The translations under genes and the position numbers were made by a program. A stretch of DNA of 64,000 bases. Origin: a virus (taxonomy: Duplodnaviria; Heunggongvirae; Uroviricota; Caudoviricetes). Positions 63,047 through 64,000 of this stretch are shown here, in pieces; position 1 is the first letter of the stretch; every line of letters begins with the position of its first letter. Under the pieces are notes generated by a model. The model had not been told where the DNA came from. It saw only the letters and a program-made list of their open reading frames with translations, and made no database searches. The stretch lies in IMG/VR virus record IMGVR_UViG_2693429768_000001, positions 1-64,000 of that record; one strand, 5' to 3'.

Positions 63047-63898
63047 CTATTGCGCGCTTTCGGGGTTGCTGTTTACTGGCTGCCCCTTCTTAGTTTTACG
63101 GCTGCGCGTAACTGATGCGGCTGATTTGACCTTTTTCTCTTCGCGAGTGATGGCAATTTGTTTTTTTACATTTTCAATATCTGCCAGGCGATATATTTTT
63201 GCCTGCGGCCAGCGGTCGCAGATGATCGGTTCTATAGAGTCATAAAGGCTAAATTTTGCTTTCTCGAATTCACCGTTGATGATGATTCCATCACGGAGAG
63301 TTTCATCGCAGATAAACACACCACACAGCGGCACATGGTAACTAACTGATTTACCATCATTGTAGTTAGGGCTACTGGAAATGTAATGGACGCGCAGCAT
63401 TGTTTCGCTAAAGCCGTGTACACGCATACGGAATTTTTCATCCTCCGGGTACTGCTTCATTAGCTCTTTTGTTGCTTCCAGGTTCTCTATGTATTTCGCA
63501 CTGTGCTCATTGATCCCCGCGCTTTTCTGGATGCGAATGTCCTTATCAATCAGATGAATAATGCGGCCAGCGGTCATGTTGACGCTGTTCACAGCTTCTG
63601 TCTGATAAGTAGTAACCTTACGCACACCGCGAAGGATGTTAGGCACTGGATATAAAATAGTCTTTGGGATATTGAGGTCTGGGTACTGTTCCAGTTCCCG
63701 CGCCATTAAAGTCCATTTATCAATTTCAGCCTGAATGCTGTCCGTTTCTTTGAACGGCAGAACGACAACCGGGCGAACAGGACGACCGTCGCTGGCGGCA
63801 TCAACGTGTTGGGCGCGTGCAACAGCTTTTTTTAGAAAGAGATCCCTGAAGCTGACGAACTCCTGGTACAGTTGTTCGCCGTAGACATAATTTATCAT
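63047..63898 (-). CDS. c1: C1 repressor of lysogeny, 283 aa
   Basis: ATG 63898 after RBS GGAGGAGG; size equals recalled P1 C1; cognate operator 17-mers occur throughout the window. Confidence 0.85.
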   Translation of the reverse strand: MINYVYGEQLYQEFVSFRDLFLKKAVARAQHVDAASDGRPVRPVVVLPFKETDSIQAEIDKWTLMARELEQYPDLNIPKTILYPVPNILRGVRKVTTYQTEAVNSVNMTAGRIIHLIDKDIRIQKSAGINEHSAKYIENLEATKELMKQYPEDEKFRMRVHGFSETMLRVHYISSSPNYNDGKSVSYHVPLCGVFICDETLRDGIIINGEFEKAKFSLYDSIEPIICDRWPQAKIYRLADIENVKKQIAITREEKKVKSAASVTRSRKTKKGQPVNSNPESAQ

Positions 63899-63921
63899 TG
63901 ATCCTCCTCCAGAATTGACAT

Positions 63922-63962
63922 GGCCAACAACTCACAGCGGATTACACTGGGAGTTGTTGGCC
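63922..63962. promoter_or_regulatory. 12-bp perfect inverted repeat GGCCAACAACTC-N17-GAGTTGTTGGCC in the c1 leader
   Basis: Read directly; lies between a TATAAT (minus strand, ~63967-63972) and the c1 RBS. Confidence 0.6.
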
Positions 63963-64000
63963 ACCATTATAGAAGGATCCAACGAAAATAATAGATTTAT

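Overview
This window reads as most of a P1-like temperate phage-plasmid (not an integrated prophage: no integrase or att site, but a complete plasmid replicon). Calls rest on reading the sequence, motifs and synteny from memory; no database search was run. Left to right: the 5' part of a tail-fibre gene running off the window start, a minus-strand late operon (baseplate genes, an 1130-aa Sit-like injected transglycosylase), two secreted Sim-like proteins, the immI region (C1 operator, icd-like ORF, ant), kilA and repL, then an AT-rich accessory islet carrying a Gef/Hok-type toxin with its mok frame and a convergent 330-aa MazG-like/zinc-ribbon gene. Further right are tail sheath and major capsid genes, parS-parB-parA, incA iterons, repA, incC iterons and oriR, a spanin-like pair and a PAAR-like spike tip, an RdgC-like gene, the 754-aa bifunctional Dmt methyltransferase, four tRNA-like genes (Asn, a Tyr-like extra, Thr, Ile), an SPFH lipoprotein, ban (DnaB-like helicase), a second baseplate block, a long plus-strand early operon (TraR-like, VRR-NUC, Ppp phosphatase, HAD phosphatase, then about 15 small translationally coupled genes), hot, SOS-boxed humD, phd-doc, lpa, pacA with its pac site, pacB and the c1 repressor. 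At least nine C1-operator-like 17-mers are spread across the window. The best candidates for something new are the AT-rich hok plus MazG-like islet, a Sim-like protein that shares a motif with Sit, an operator-controlled short structured transcript downstream of dmt, a family of hairpin repeats after the tRNAs, and a duplicated 20-mer with an A12 tract at the fibre-gene recombination point on the window edge. No CRISPR array, restriction endonuclease, reverse transcriptase or integrase was seen.
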